A DNA stretch of 64,000 nt from Bispira polyomma (Eukaryota). The notes under the pieces were generated by a model. The model was given only the letters and a program-made list of their open reading frames with translations. It was not told the DNA's origin and made no database searches. The stretch is from positions 9,300,001 through 9,364,000 of the forward strand of contig OZ287748.1 in NCBI GenBank assembly GCA_965649765.1. Reading direction: 5' to 3'. How positions within the stretch are numbered: the stretch's first letter is position 1; every line of letters begins with the position of its first letter. The translations under genes and the position numbers were made by a program. Positions 14,054 through 26,775 of this stretch are shown here, one piece after another.

Positions 14054-15232
14054 CTGGAAACAAAAAGAAATATATACAGAAAGTTCAGTGAAGGTTCTGC
14101 ATTTACTTCGGGTTGAACATCCCTGTAAATATATCATGACTGGTGGAGGAAATCAGACCAGGGGTAGTTGGTCATGGTTTTCTGTTCTGCAAACCAACAG
14201 CCTTCAGCAATTCTACTGTCAAGTTTTCCAATATACATACCAGGGCTAATATTTAAACCCACAGCAGTATTGAATGGTAGAAGGCAAGCGTATTGCCTTC
14301 AGGAAAGAAAATAATTAAAATGGATTTCATAAGGATATAGTATAAAGGCACAATATATAAACTAGAAATTATTAAAATAGTTTGATATTTCACTATGTAC
14401 ACATTCAAGGAGAACTCTGTTAAGTCTTAAAAGTTAAGTCAAAATTTAGTCACACAATAGACTTCTCTGTTAAAATCTACCCTGTTTAATTAGAAATCAT
14501 GTTGATATAAAGATATTTCTCATGGTGCCTTCAGGTACAAATGTATTTGCTTTGAAAAGTTTAAATTCTCTTTCTCTCTAAAAGCAGGACATATAAATTT
14601 GTTGGTGTTAAGCCATTTTTGTCTATTAAGTTGAACTCTCTTTGTCAAAAATGATTGCTGGGTCCAATCTCTCTGTAAAGCTGGTACACTCTGCACTAAA
14701 GTATTGTCCTTAACTATCTCATCATTAATATGTCCCATTACGATCCATTAACAATGTATTGACAGACTATTGCCTCAGCGCATTACAACACTCCTTCAGA
14801 GCAATAAGTGCGAGAGAGAGAGACAACTTTTAACTTAATAACTCCGCGCACATTCCTTACTTAAATGACTTCATGACTTGAAAAATTTCTTTGCTTCTAC
14901 GATTTAATATCAACAAGTGTTAATTTGGCCCATGGTATGCGCAGTTACAGTAAGTTGAGGCCAAATATATACATATTAATTTCTCGATAACATAATAAAA
15001 AAGAATGAGGTGATACACACACTATTGTAATACACTTGGTTAAAATAAAATGGTTGATTAACAACTTTTTCTCATTGCCCACACAGAAAAGAAAAATAAA
15101 AAGCGAGCAGGACAAAAATTCACCCAGATGAAATGAGGTATTCAAGTTGTTTAATTATGTTATTTTAACAGCCAACTACAATAGCATTACTATCTACTTG
15201 GGGAAAGCCACTCATGCAAAAATAATATAAAT

Positions 15233-15237
15233 CTATA

Positions 15238-15287
<50 letters not shown>

Positions 15288-15293
15288 TATATA
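15233..15293. repeat. (AT)n microsatellite
   Basis: Directly visible perfect AT run of more than 40 bp. Confidence 0.95.
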
Positions 15294-17138
15294 TCTCTTT
15301 AAGTAAGAGGAAAGGGTCACCAAGTTCACATTATCTATACCACAGGCATGCCCCCTTCTCCACTCCCCTCCCCTCCCCCCCCTTCTCCTTCGGTTCCCCC
15401 TCATTGTGTCTTTATTCCTTTTGCAATCAATTTATATATTTATTTATTTTTTATCTGTATAGTATCTACACACATATTCACACACACAAACAAATAGGTG
15501 TGTACAAGTACATAGAATATACTATGTTGGAAGTGTTGATAATGTATTTATGTAAGGTAAACTCAATATTAACATAAGAGAAAACTGTACTTACTAACTA
15601 TGTGGGGAATTAGCAAAACATAAGGGTTTTATGTGTAAAATAATAATAATTAACACAAAGATCTCATGTACACTCCTGCCTAAACTGACGGCAGTTTTCA
15701 AGCTGTAAACTTACCTTCAAATCTACACAATATTTTCTAAATAAAAGTCTATAATTAAAGTAATCTTTATTTTAACTCTGGAATCCCAGAAATAATGTCT
15801 AAATAACCGAATAAACTTCACCAAATCTGTAAGGTATAAAAGATATTGGACATCGGCTAGTTACAAGAAGATCTTAAAACTGAAAAACTTAAAACCATTT
15901 CTTTTCAGCAATTCCAACAGTGCAATTACGTTTTGGGTCCTGTGTAAATCTAACTTAAGACAGCTTTGTGAATTGACACTTTCATCTCTATATTACACTT
16001 CATTAGAGCCTGTCATTATGAAGTAACTTGATAAACTGCTATAAAGGAATGCCTAAACACTACATATATAAATAATCTGTTAATAATTAGTTGTTTTTAG
16101 AGGACACATGTAGTGTCAGTTCAACGGAGAATTTTGTTGAATTGAAGGACGACAGAAAACTTTGGATGTACTAGATATTATTATTACTCCATTAAAAGGC
16201 CACAGATTTTATCAATATTTTAAGTATTCTAAAAAATTTTTTAAATATATTTCCCCAATATTTTAACACTTCAATAACTTATATATAAATCTTAATTTCT
16301 ACTGACAACCATTAGTCCATTATACAAGTTAATTCAATGAAAGAAATGGAGCCTTTCTCACGATCTAATTCACATACTTTACCAGTTCCTGTAAAAAAGC
16401 CTTATCTAAACATGACTCCCAGATTACAAATGAAATGTGGTAAATAAGTACTACTACCTTTTACAAAATCCACAACTATTTGAGAGGGTGTTTGTTTGCA
16501 TGACTTTATTTGTGGTCACATTTGCTGCTTGTTTTGCTTCAGCTACTGTGTTATTTTATGGTCTGAGTCAAACCGCTGTCAAAAGCCAGACCACACGGAG
16601 AAAATAAGTCTTCATTTTTTACAATTTCATATCTTGATTCACAAAAAGCATATGAACAGATATCTTATAGAAAATCAGTAAAACAACAGTAATACAGTGC
16701 CGGATATAACTGTATGACTGTATTTTATTTTCCATGATTTCCTTAACTTTTAAAGTGAATAGGATTTCTGGTGAATTCCAACTTGACTATGACATATCCA
16801 TGTACAAGTACTACAGTTAGGAAATTAAGGCCACCTTAAACTTCCACTAAATAATAAGGAATTTGTCTATTTTAATAAGGACACATTTCCTTATCATTTT
16901 CCTTAACTTTTTCTCAGCTTGCACCTGGACCTTCCCTTTTTGGATATCAGCGCCTTATTGGAGAATGTTCTCATCAATTTGGCGCGCTATAAAACTTGAC
17001 AATATCCTTTAGTTTCCTTTCTCAACTCAACACTCCCTTCCTACTAGACATACCTTTGAGGATCATAATCGGGCTACCTAATATATCAAACTTTATCATT
17101 GCCTCCATTGCAAAAAAAGTCACTTCCTGACGACCTAC

Positions 17139-17295
17139 CTTTGGGGATCACAATCGGGCAGCCCATTCCCATGGTTTGCAGCTTGGAGTAGGCCAACTTC
17201 TGCAGGACAATGCGCTCAAACTCTGTCAGCTGTAGTAGATGTGCTGGTGTGAGGACCAACCGCTTTCCACTCAGACATGACCAAGTACAGTGGCC
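17139..17295 (-). CDS. ARHGAP6: ARHGAP6-like RhoGAP, coding exon 2 (GHCTWSCLSGKRLVLTPAHLLQLTEFERIVLQKLAYSKLQTMGMGCPIVIPK)
   Basis: ttcttctctAG acceptor, GTaggt donor, 157 nt, phases 0/1; aligns by eye to ARHGAP6 GDFTWNSMSGRSVRL...SLSELERARLQEVAF...CQITIPKD. Confidence 0.93.
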
Positions 17296-17343
17296 CTAGA
17301 GAAGAAATACATTGACAAGAGACTGAACTAGAATTGTGTAAAT

Positions 17344-17733
17344 TGTATAAGGAGGCTTGTCCTCTGCTAGGATTCGAACCGTGGCTGTCTAGGGGCTCTT
17401 GAGATTGGATAGTCTAGTACACGAACAGCCAAAGAGTAAATACCTGAAGCCCCCCGAGTGTTTAATGTGCTGATACACACAAATATTACATGCCCCTCCT
17501 TCACGAAGACCAGTCCTTAGGTCTTACACTACTACACCATGATTCTATTATGCAATTCGCTTTGCTGAGAGGGGGGGCGATCTTGGGGTATCTGCATCTT
17601 GCTTCTGCTGGGATAAGAACTGGGGCTTTTGCAGATCTTTAGCTTATTAGTCGAGTACACACTAACAGTTGAGCTAAAGGGGAAAACCCCTGAAGCCTGA
17701 GTGTTTAATGCACTGATATACACAGAGATTACA
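17344..17733 (-). mobile_element. Degenerate TRIM (non-autonomous LTR retrotransposon) with tRNA-like LTRs, Ajax-like
   Basis: Two diverged direct repeats starting TGTAAT (17733, 17490); PBS-like TGGTGTAGTAGTG at 17539-17527; hairpin AAGACC-N8-GGTCTT; PPT GTGAAGGAGGGGCA abutting the 3' LTR; A-box and B-box motifs inside the LTRs. Confidence 0.7.
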
Positions 17734-19757
17734 ACTGTGCCAACTGGACGTATGGATATCCCCAGACATTTGTAAATGCCACACAGATCGAGCTGTGACC
17801 ACATACAAAATTTAACTACCCACCTCAGTAAACAGTGAAGACCCCTTAAAGCTTGGAACCTCTAGCAGTTTCCATGAGAGTGCAGATATCTCTCTTCAGT
17901 CTGCATAAGCAAAAGATTTCTGATTCTTTTGCTGCCGCATTATTTGTGCAAAAGGATTTTGTACAAGGGGTAAAAATATGTTTGTAAATACAAATTGAAA
18001 GAAATTTTAGAAAGGGACTTAACTAGGCACACTCACTAAAGGCCAGATGATATGAACCATTGTTCATTAACAAAATTACAGAAACTATAGGCCTATTCTT
18101 TGCAATTAAGGTTTCTTATAATATTTTCTAAATTAGCCAAATCAAATACACACTATTGTCAAGAGACACACTATTGTCATGTATAGAAAATTAATTGTGT
18201 CTTTTTCTACTTTGTTTTGCTTTTTACAAATGACTGAATTGTGGGGCGTGGTGGTAGCACACACCAGGCCCTCACCTCTGCAGTCAGGGTTCTAAAGTCA
18301 AACCAGAAATTGTATAGGTGGGAAGTTTGGCAGTAGTAGACTAGCTACAGGTAAGAAATTATGACTGACTAACCTGTTCTGATTTCTTTTACTAATACCT
18401 GCCAGTCTTGACACAATAAGAACATGTTAAAATTGATCAGTTAAGGCTGAAAGGAGGTATAAGTGTACACAGTAGAACCCTTTTTTCAGTCGAAGCTGAA
18501 GGGACCATAAAAATGTATTCTTATTAACTGAATTTCTACTTAACAGCCTATATGTAATACCAGGTTAATCTGTAATTAAAAATATAGCAATGGGACCTTT
18601 AAATAACTTTTACTTAACATGTAATTTGACTGGACAGAGTTCTACTTAAAGGGGATTTAACTGTTTCGACAGTGAAATTGACAAACAATCCAAAGTCTTG
18701 ACAAGTTCTAACAGTAAAGGTTGGACCATGTAACACATATACATTTGCTATACATTTCAGTAATTCCTTTATACCACAGTATTTATTATACACTAGCTTC
18801 ATGACCCCAGTTTAAAATAATTAGAAGTGCCATTTGACACACACATTTTCAACAGCTGTGTATTTTCCCACGATATTCGCTCAGATTTCACACTTGACTG
18901 ATCCCAGAGAATAAAAAACCCCAGGATAACGCACAAAAAAACTTCTACACATACACACACTTCATATACATGACTCAGTCCCTTTCCCCTACTAAACAAT
19001 AACATTATAAACCTAGTGCTATATAATTTATGTACATAAAATATAGTCTTTACACACTAGGTTTTGGAGGTGACACAGAATCTTCACACACTCTCTTATA
19101 AGGTCACTGAATTGTTTGATTTACTGGCGTCATTGGTAAAAATCAGGTTAATGGTGTTGGAATTAAATTCCAATCAAAGAAAAGGATCGTTAAATGATTA
19201 TGTCATCATTCTGCACGAAATTTGTGTCCTCTACTCTTCTGAAGAGATTTAGAGCTGCTATACTTTTTTGCATGGAAAACAAGAACTAATGCAATTAGAT
19301 ACTAGATATCTGAACGGTTTTGGATTTAATTAAACATGTATAAAGACCACAGATGGTTGAGTGTAGGTTGTATAATATAGGATACGTTCTGGTATCACGT
19401 TAATAAACTCTATCCACACCACAAAATAACAACATAACTTCTACACATAATGGAATGTGGATAGCAAATTGGACAATGGCATACCACCATTACTATGTGA
19501 ACTGTCACTAGATTTTACACAACACCAATGTTTGTAAAGCTTAGACCATATGACACCGGACAGAGGCTCCATGAACTTAGGCTTCTGAAGCTATTAACTG
19601 TAAAGTTTTAACTATTCAGTAACTATTCAGTAACCTTGTTGGTTCAGTGAGTGAGAAAACTTCAAGTAAGATTGCACTAATTTAAGACAAAACTACTTCT
19701 TTAGAAATCTCATGTATAAACAAACATAAGACCATTAATCAGAGGACATAGCATCAT

Positions 19758-20065
19758 GGCCGTATTCACTAAAGTTCTTATAATTAGAATAAGAATTTTT
19801 GGTATTCACTATCTTCTTATACATGTACTTACAATTTTTTCTTATTCTTAAAAAATTTTTCCAAGAATGATCTTTGATTCTAAGAATGGTCAAGAAAAAG
19901 ATATGGCATTCATTCTTTTTGTACAACTCTTAGCTATGAAAATTTTTCTTCTAAGAATAAGAATAAAAAATTCTTAGAATAGAAACATTTTTAAGTATAA
20001 GAATAATTCTTATTCTAAGTGTAAGAATTATTCTAAATACATGTATAAGACATGAATACGGCCCC
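19758..20065. mobile_element. MITE with GGCCGTATTCA termini and an AT-rich semi-palindromic body
   Basis: GGCCGTATTCA at 19758 and TGAATACGGCC near 20054-20064; internal TAAGAAT/ATTCTTA repeats. Confidence 0.7.
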
Positions 20066-20889
20066 TGACCAGCATTCTACTCTTACCACCTTTCATTCCA
20101 ATATTCATTCCTCTGGTCCATTTTGCAAATACAGTATATAACCTCCAACCTTCAATTATATACAGAAATAGCCTCAATTCTATTTCATGAACTTTCTGTT
20201 ATCCAACATGTAGTTCCTTGCAAGAAGGCTTGATATATCCACCATGTATATACAGTAGAACCTCTATTATCCAAACATTTAATTTTATAGCCACACTTCT
20301 ACTCTCCCAAATTTATATTTTCCTAATGCCTCTTATATTTTATGAACCTTCTAATTTCTGCACAAAGTATTGCTGTCCCTAAATAATAATAATGGGATAT
20401 TTATTTACATGTTCGAATAATGAAGGTTCTACTGTAATTGTATTTGTTTCAAGCTATATAGTTGCCTCATTGCTAATAAAGCCAATTCAGCATTTCGAAT
20501 GTGCATGTCTAGATAGCTGTATGTGTGCTTCAGTTTGGGAGAAAACAAACCACTGAAAGATGAACAAATCAATTATTCACATTTTAACAAATTAGTTGTA
20601 AGAACGTTCAATTATTGTCAAATTATCAATTAATCAAGAAGCTCTGATCAAAACCTTTCAGTGAATACAAAGATTTTCTATGTTAGTGCTTTATATTTAT
20701 TGTTTTAATTTATATTAAACTTTTGAAAGCGGGAGGAAATTGCCGATATTTTGCGAGATTTGGAAATACTCAGTTGTTATGGCTCACACATACCATTAGT
20801 TATCCCGAGTTGGACATGCACACTGAAAATGCAGAATAGGCTAATACAATATGGTTTAAATAAGAGACTGTGTGTGCAGGTTTACTTAC

Positions 20890-22548
20890 TTGTGGCTTCC
20901 ATGTGGAGGTTGGCGCTGACTTGGTCTGGGTAAGCTTGGACTTTTTCCACTTTCTGGAGAAGGTTCTGGTCTGAACTTGCTCATCTGTGGACTGAGACTT
21001 GTTGTGCATAGCTGAAGAAGGGGGAGAAGAATTAGATTCGTACTGGTCCTTAAACGGATGGTTTTTTGTTCGAAACGACCGGTAGCTAAGAAAACCGTAA
21101 TCGTCCTTATCGATATCGTCATCATTCTCGAGCTCCTCCAAGATGTTCGGTGTCGAATTGCTCCGGCCCAGTTTGGGATGATTTATCACCCGAGATTTGA
21201 TGCTCTCCGAGATTGTATGTAATGGAGATTTACTATTGATGGACTGTCTCCTGGTGGGGACAATATCACCACCATTCGAACTAGTCGGGGTGGAGGATCC
21301 AGAATTGTTCGAGACCTGTCGTGTAAAACCAGGAAATGACTCGCTGAGTGGTGTCACTGGTGCTGAGTGGGTGGTAAAGGTTTGGGGGATGGGCTGAGTC
21401 TGTGACAAGGGTGTTGATTGCTTGAGGTAGGCAGCTCTCGCCTGATTCACCTGAATATCACGCTGGGGTAACGTATTCACAGTCTTACTTAACGTATTAT
21501 GTTTCTCCTGCAGCCCTACCAAGTTACTACTACTGCTACTGCTTCTCAACTCTGATTTCCCGCTGTTACTTCCAGTCCTTCCAGCACCAGAACTACTTCC
21601 TGATGGCCCCAGTACACTTCCCGTACTACTTAGCGCCAAAGAATGAGCTAAAAATTCGGGCTCGTTTATCAAATGCAATCCATTGCCTTGGGAACGGAAC
21701 AAGTGGAGAAGGCCAGAGTCGGAACTCTTTCTCAATGGAACAAAGTCTGTTGTTGTCTCCTTGGCTCCTCCCTTTCTAGTCCTGCCCAATGTAGCATACC
21801 CTTCAGGTAGACTACTATTAGCCACTACACTGTAGTCACCACCACTACTATTGGTGCCAGCACTGCTGGGACTCACAGGCATAAGACCCTCGTCTAGACT
21901 CCTCTGGTAGTTACTAGGATTCCAGTAGTTTGAAGAAACTTCACTTTGGCCATCTCTGCTGTTGCCTCTGCCATAATGAGGATCCACCACCATATCCGGT
22001 GAGCTATATTGCCTGAAAGGCTGCAGCGGATGTGACGGCTTAGGGTGGGACATGGAGGCTAGTAAAGAATCCGAGTCCCCACCATATCTCCTCACAGGTT
22101 TACTCTCTACGTCCACATGTCCGTTGGGAATCCTGTGTGACTGATGTATGCCTCCTGTTGTCGTTACTGGTACCCGGGTTCCCGTAGAGTATCTTCTCAT
22201 AGGTGGCGCCACCATGCTACTGTTAAACTTTACATTGTTGTTGTTGTTATAACTGTCATTCTCGTAATGGTACTCAGAAGATGACTGCTGCAGCTGCTGT
22301 AGCCCACCACCATTACCTGAACTACTACTACTGCTATCCGGTAGTTGATGTTGATGCTGATGTTGATGATGCTGGTACAGGTAGGTGTTATAATCCCCAA
22401 CTTGGTGCTGGTGATGATGATGGTCTATATTCATTAGATGCTCATCTATTTCCCACAATGCATCTTGTTTCAGAAGCTTGTTGTTTTTGTAATCTTGTTC
22501 CACTGGCATGTTTTCTTCTTGGCCACTCCAGCTATGTAGCACTGTCAT
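20890..22548 (-). CDS. ARHGAP6: ARHGAP6-like RhoGAP, large first coding exon (553 codons; His/Gln/Ser/Asn-rich, probably disordered N-terminus ending TWKPQ)
   Basis: Long ORF; first ATG at 22548 after an in-frame upstream TGA (22663-22665), alternative ATG at 22509; donor CAA|GTaagt at 20890/20889 is phase 0 and joins GHCTW to give WKPQGHCTW, like ARHGAP6 WKSEGDFTW. Confidence 0.88.
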
Positions 22549-25260
22549 TTCAATCCAAACAGGAAAGGTACTCAAACCTTTTATATATACAAAGTATATT
22601 AAGGCTACTATACACCAAACCTTTTGAAGAGACTTGTCATATATTATCCTATATCTTTTCCTTCACCCATATATATTACTTTACACAATAATAATCCAAT
22701 AGATACATGGTATATGTAATGGCACTGTGACTTGTGCATGCTTCTAAACTTTGTATACCAGTCCAAATATATATGTGGAGGTTTTAAAATAAACAAACTA
22801 TCCAGTGTTCAGTTTAGTAGTTGTAGGTCAACTTCTTTTTCACAATGGTGTTTGAAAGCCGTTGATCTGGTTTATATTGTGTAACTCTATACTTCAGTAT
22901 AGTACATTAGCATTGGACAGGCTAAATTATTCACATATCATAGATGTAAACATTGCAATTGATATACATCCAACTGGGGTAGCTGTTGTTTGCCACACCC
23001 TTTCAACATGCAGAGCAAATATGTAGGCATACTTTTTTCTCCCCAGCCTTTCACTTGTAGAATATAATTTCCTTGAGGAAAAAATCGAAGATTATTATTA
23101 TATACTGGGGGGGGGTAAAAAAGGATGAACCGTCTCCCCATTATAAAAACAAATATAGATTTGTCAAGCAAACACTGTTACTATATTTATAAACACACGG
23201 CCAAGATTGGATATTTTGAATATAAACCTTGTACACACGAATTTACACACACATGTACTATGTAAAATATCCTCAATATTATGCTTTTATACACACACAC
23301 AAGAAAAAAAATAAAATAAAAAATATGTAGTATATGCGAGTGTGTACACATATATAAAACTATCTCAAAAGTAAATTCCACAAACACACACGAAATCCCT
23401 CTCCGTATACTGTCTAAAGTAACACACACAACTATCTATAGCTCTAAACACATACACACATCTAAATAAAGTATGTCGCCTGTACATATCATATATCTAT
23501 CTATCTACATATATATGGATGTGTGCCTATTGACAGTGTATATTTTCTCAGCATTTGACAAGTTGCCAAAATTGTAAAAGCTCTCGGGTTGGTATTTTTT
23601 TTCTATTTGGTTAGTGGTGTGAAAAAAGGTGCCAAATGGAAGAAGGCATTTGATTGGCGGAGAGCGTGCCCCCCCCCCCCCCCCCCCGTCACACAATACT
23701 AAATGGGCCATTACCTTTGTGGTCAGCCAAGCAAGAGGGCAATATACCAACTCTACAAGCCAGTGAATTACATGGCCAGTGTATTAATCCAGTTGGAGAA
23801 AGCTCAAAACCTAGATTTAATACAAACAATAAATCAAGTGGACACTTTTCAGTACGAGAAGGTAGAACATATATATATATATATAAGAGATATATATTAT
23901 GGAATATATATAATATATGAATTCGCACAGAAGTTTATGGTCTTACAAAATAGGTTATAAGAAGAAAATTGAGTAATTCAGTTGTAAATAGATATATTAC
24001 CCTCAGCTTTCAATGTTGAGAAAATTTCTATAGTGTACTAGAAAATATAGACGTAGAATATGATTTTTGTCCAAGAAATGAGTCCCCATTTTACACCTAT
24101 AAATATTTAAATAATTTAAATATATCACACAAAAATTATATACATTACAAACAAAACGAAATTTGTCCAATTATTGTCAGCCTCGGTTTTCATTTAATAG
24201 TAGAATCACTCTATGAGAAATGTATTGTTTACATTTTCAAAATAAAAAGGAATTGTCAAAGTTTTCCACAATTAATTATTGTCAACCTCAGCTTTTTTTT
24301 CATTTCTGCTTTGATCGGTGTATGTCGTTATAAGCAAGAACAACTTCCTCAAATTGTATATTATTATATATTCAATCACATATGTTTGTTACAAGGAAAA
24401 ATTGAAACCAGACAAGATTTTGCCACAGACTAACCAATTACACCCGGCTAATGGCTTTATAATGAAGGACAGGAACAAGTTCAGCAAATGTAAGCCCCCA
24501 GTTCAAAAATGGCACGGCCATTCAGCCAACACTTAATCCCCGCTGTGTGACTTTTTGGCGGTCAGTCAGGGATTAATCATTTCCTTTGATAAGTGTTCTT
24601 TAAACCACTGGCAGATTTGTGAAATGGTCAGATTATAAGGCTTACAACTGGTCATCGTTTTGAACATTAAAAGGGTTACTATACTTGTAAGATGCTACAA
24701 AATCGCATCAATTAAATGTTCCTTATACGAGGACATTTGAGTGAAATTAAAATTGGCGACACGTTTAGTGACAATGCGCTCATACAGTGTTTCATATAAA
24801 AAAATGTAACCGGAAAAAAAGTCTTCATTAGGTGGTTGTAAACGAAAGTTGTTGTCAAAGAAGGTGTAGTGACTTTATAAAAAAACCAAGCCGTATGCAT
24901 TGCTATTAAAGTGTCACCACATTATTTTCTAATGCTACATTATTAGTGGTAGTGGTAGCATTTTTTTTTCTACTTGTATAAAGCCTTTCTCATTTAATGC
25001 AGTTGAATATTGCAAGGTGAAAAAGTTAATATCTATGCTGAGTCTACTATCCCTCGGATTTCTTCTCAGATCTCGGACTTTTGCGGTGATGGATCGCCGC
25101 ATTTCTGATCGGCCCACTAGCCCCCCCCCATCAGACTTCTAATCTAATAAAATTTAATAGCACTTAATCTCCATTAAGGTGAATTCTAAGGCGCATATAG
25201 CCATAATCATATTCAAGTGTCGTAACATCCTTTTCCAGAAGGTGGTCGAATAAAAACTTA

Positions 25261-25570
25261 GTGTATCTACACATGTATGCAGCTTCTGATATACAACTCC
25301 CGATTTGCAAAGTGTGATTTTTCCTTCCCCTATCCCCCCCCTTTTATATAAAAATGATTGGAATATCATCTTAAACAGTGCGATTTTACATTTTCACTCG
25401 ATTTGTTCGCTCCTGGACTAAAAATTTCAGATTCGGAAGGTTCCATTGATGTGTCGCACTTCACAGTCTGACACATGTGAACAACTAAACAAAAATGACA
25501 AGGAGCCAAAAAATTTGCTGACGCAATTCGGGAGTCATATATCGGAAGCCGCATACATGTATACATAGAC
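25261..25570. mobile_element. ~310-bp PIF/Harbinger-like MITE (copy 1)
   Basis: TIRs GTGTATCTACACATGTATGC / GCATACATGTATACATAGAC with TTA/TAA flanks; homologous to 25928-26249. Confidence 0.75.
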
Positions 25571-25927
25571 TAAGAAGAGAAAGCTTTGGCAAACAAGTAT
25601 GACTTGATATTTTTATGTACATTTACAACCAGAACTAGATTTCTTCATATTGCAATGCTTTTCTCGCCAAAAACCTAAGACACATTAATGTTATTGTAAT
25701 ATATGTATGTACACTGTCATCTATTTTTTGATTTATTAATGTGTTTTATATTATGTTAATATCAATTAAAAACAGAAGTTGAGGCCTAATTACAAAGCCT
25801 CCTGGGATATCATAGATATATATCATTTATGTGGTAGAAGAGCACTCAATAGACCACATACCTCCCCCTAGATGCAGCAGTGCCAAAAAAGTGAAATGCG
25901 ATCAACCTGGATACTCTCGAAAATTAA

Positions 25928-26249
25928 GTGTATGATGTACACATGTAAGCGTTCTCCGATATCAGACGTCAGATTTGCGAAATGAGATTTCTTGTCCCCC
26001 CCCTCCCCACCCCACCTCCCCACACACACCTCCCCTTATATGAAAGCTAACGGGCTATCTGCAATTTTACATTCTCATCCTTTATTTCCATCCTAGACCA
26101 AAAATTTCAAAGTCGGAAGCCGAAATCGTGCGTCGCAATTCGCAATCTGACACATGTGAACAAATTAACAAAAAATATGAGGAAAGAAAAAGATCGCAGT
26201 CGCAAATCGGACATCTGATGTCAGGAGCCGCATACATGTGTACATACAC
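25928..26249. mobile_element. ~320-bp PIF/Harbinger-like MITE (copy 2), nested in a Helentron-like element
   Basis: TIRs GTGTATGATGTACACATGTA / TACATGTGTACATACAC with TAA on both sides. Confidence 0.8.
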
Positions 26250-26659
26250 TAATTGATTCTTCTTTTAGTCCAAGACACATGTACCCCTCCAGCAAATTTC
26301 AATTAATTTGGTTCAGTGGTGTTTTTTTAAATCACTGTGACAAACAAACAGGCAAAAACAAAAACATAACTACCTTCTTGTCGGAGGTAATACATGTACT
26401 TAAGTGGCGCCAAAAGTCATGTTTCAGTAAGTACTCATTTATACAGTAACTGAAAAGCATGTTAAGACAGAGTTTACTCCAACCTATCGATGTCCCCAAG
26501 ATTTAAATTTTTTTTTAAGGTGTGTTGTGGAAATGTTGTAGGACCTTGTGACAGGGAACTGCTATTTTAAGTAGTCATCTGAGCTATTATATGCGAGTGT
26601 CTATACCCAGGTGCCCCACACGAGGCTCAGACCCAAGTCCTCTGGGTTCCTAGACGAGT

Positions 26660-26775
26660 GTGTCACCCACTAGTGGCAAGATACAAATGGAGATTTGTTA
26701 AATGTGAACTATGATAAGTGTCACCCACTAGTGGCAAGATACAAATGGAGATATGTTAAATGTGAACTATGATAA
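26660..26775. repeat. 58-bp direct tandem duplication
   Basis: GTGTCACCCACTAGTGGCAAG...GAACTATGATAA occurs twice with one mismatch. Confidence 0.9.

Noticed and set aside
20800-20889. C-terminal VSKPAHTVSY... of the 591-aa ORF, and its TTG start at 22575
   Set aside because: Read-through past the GTAAGT donor; homology continues in exon 17295. The first ATG is at 22548
22281-22691. 136-aa plus-strand ORF
   Set aside because: Antisense shadow of the trinucleotide-repeat-rich ARHGAP6 exon
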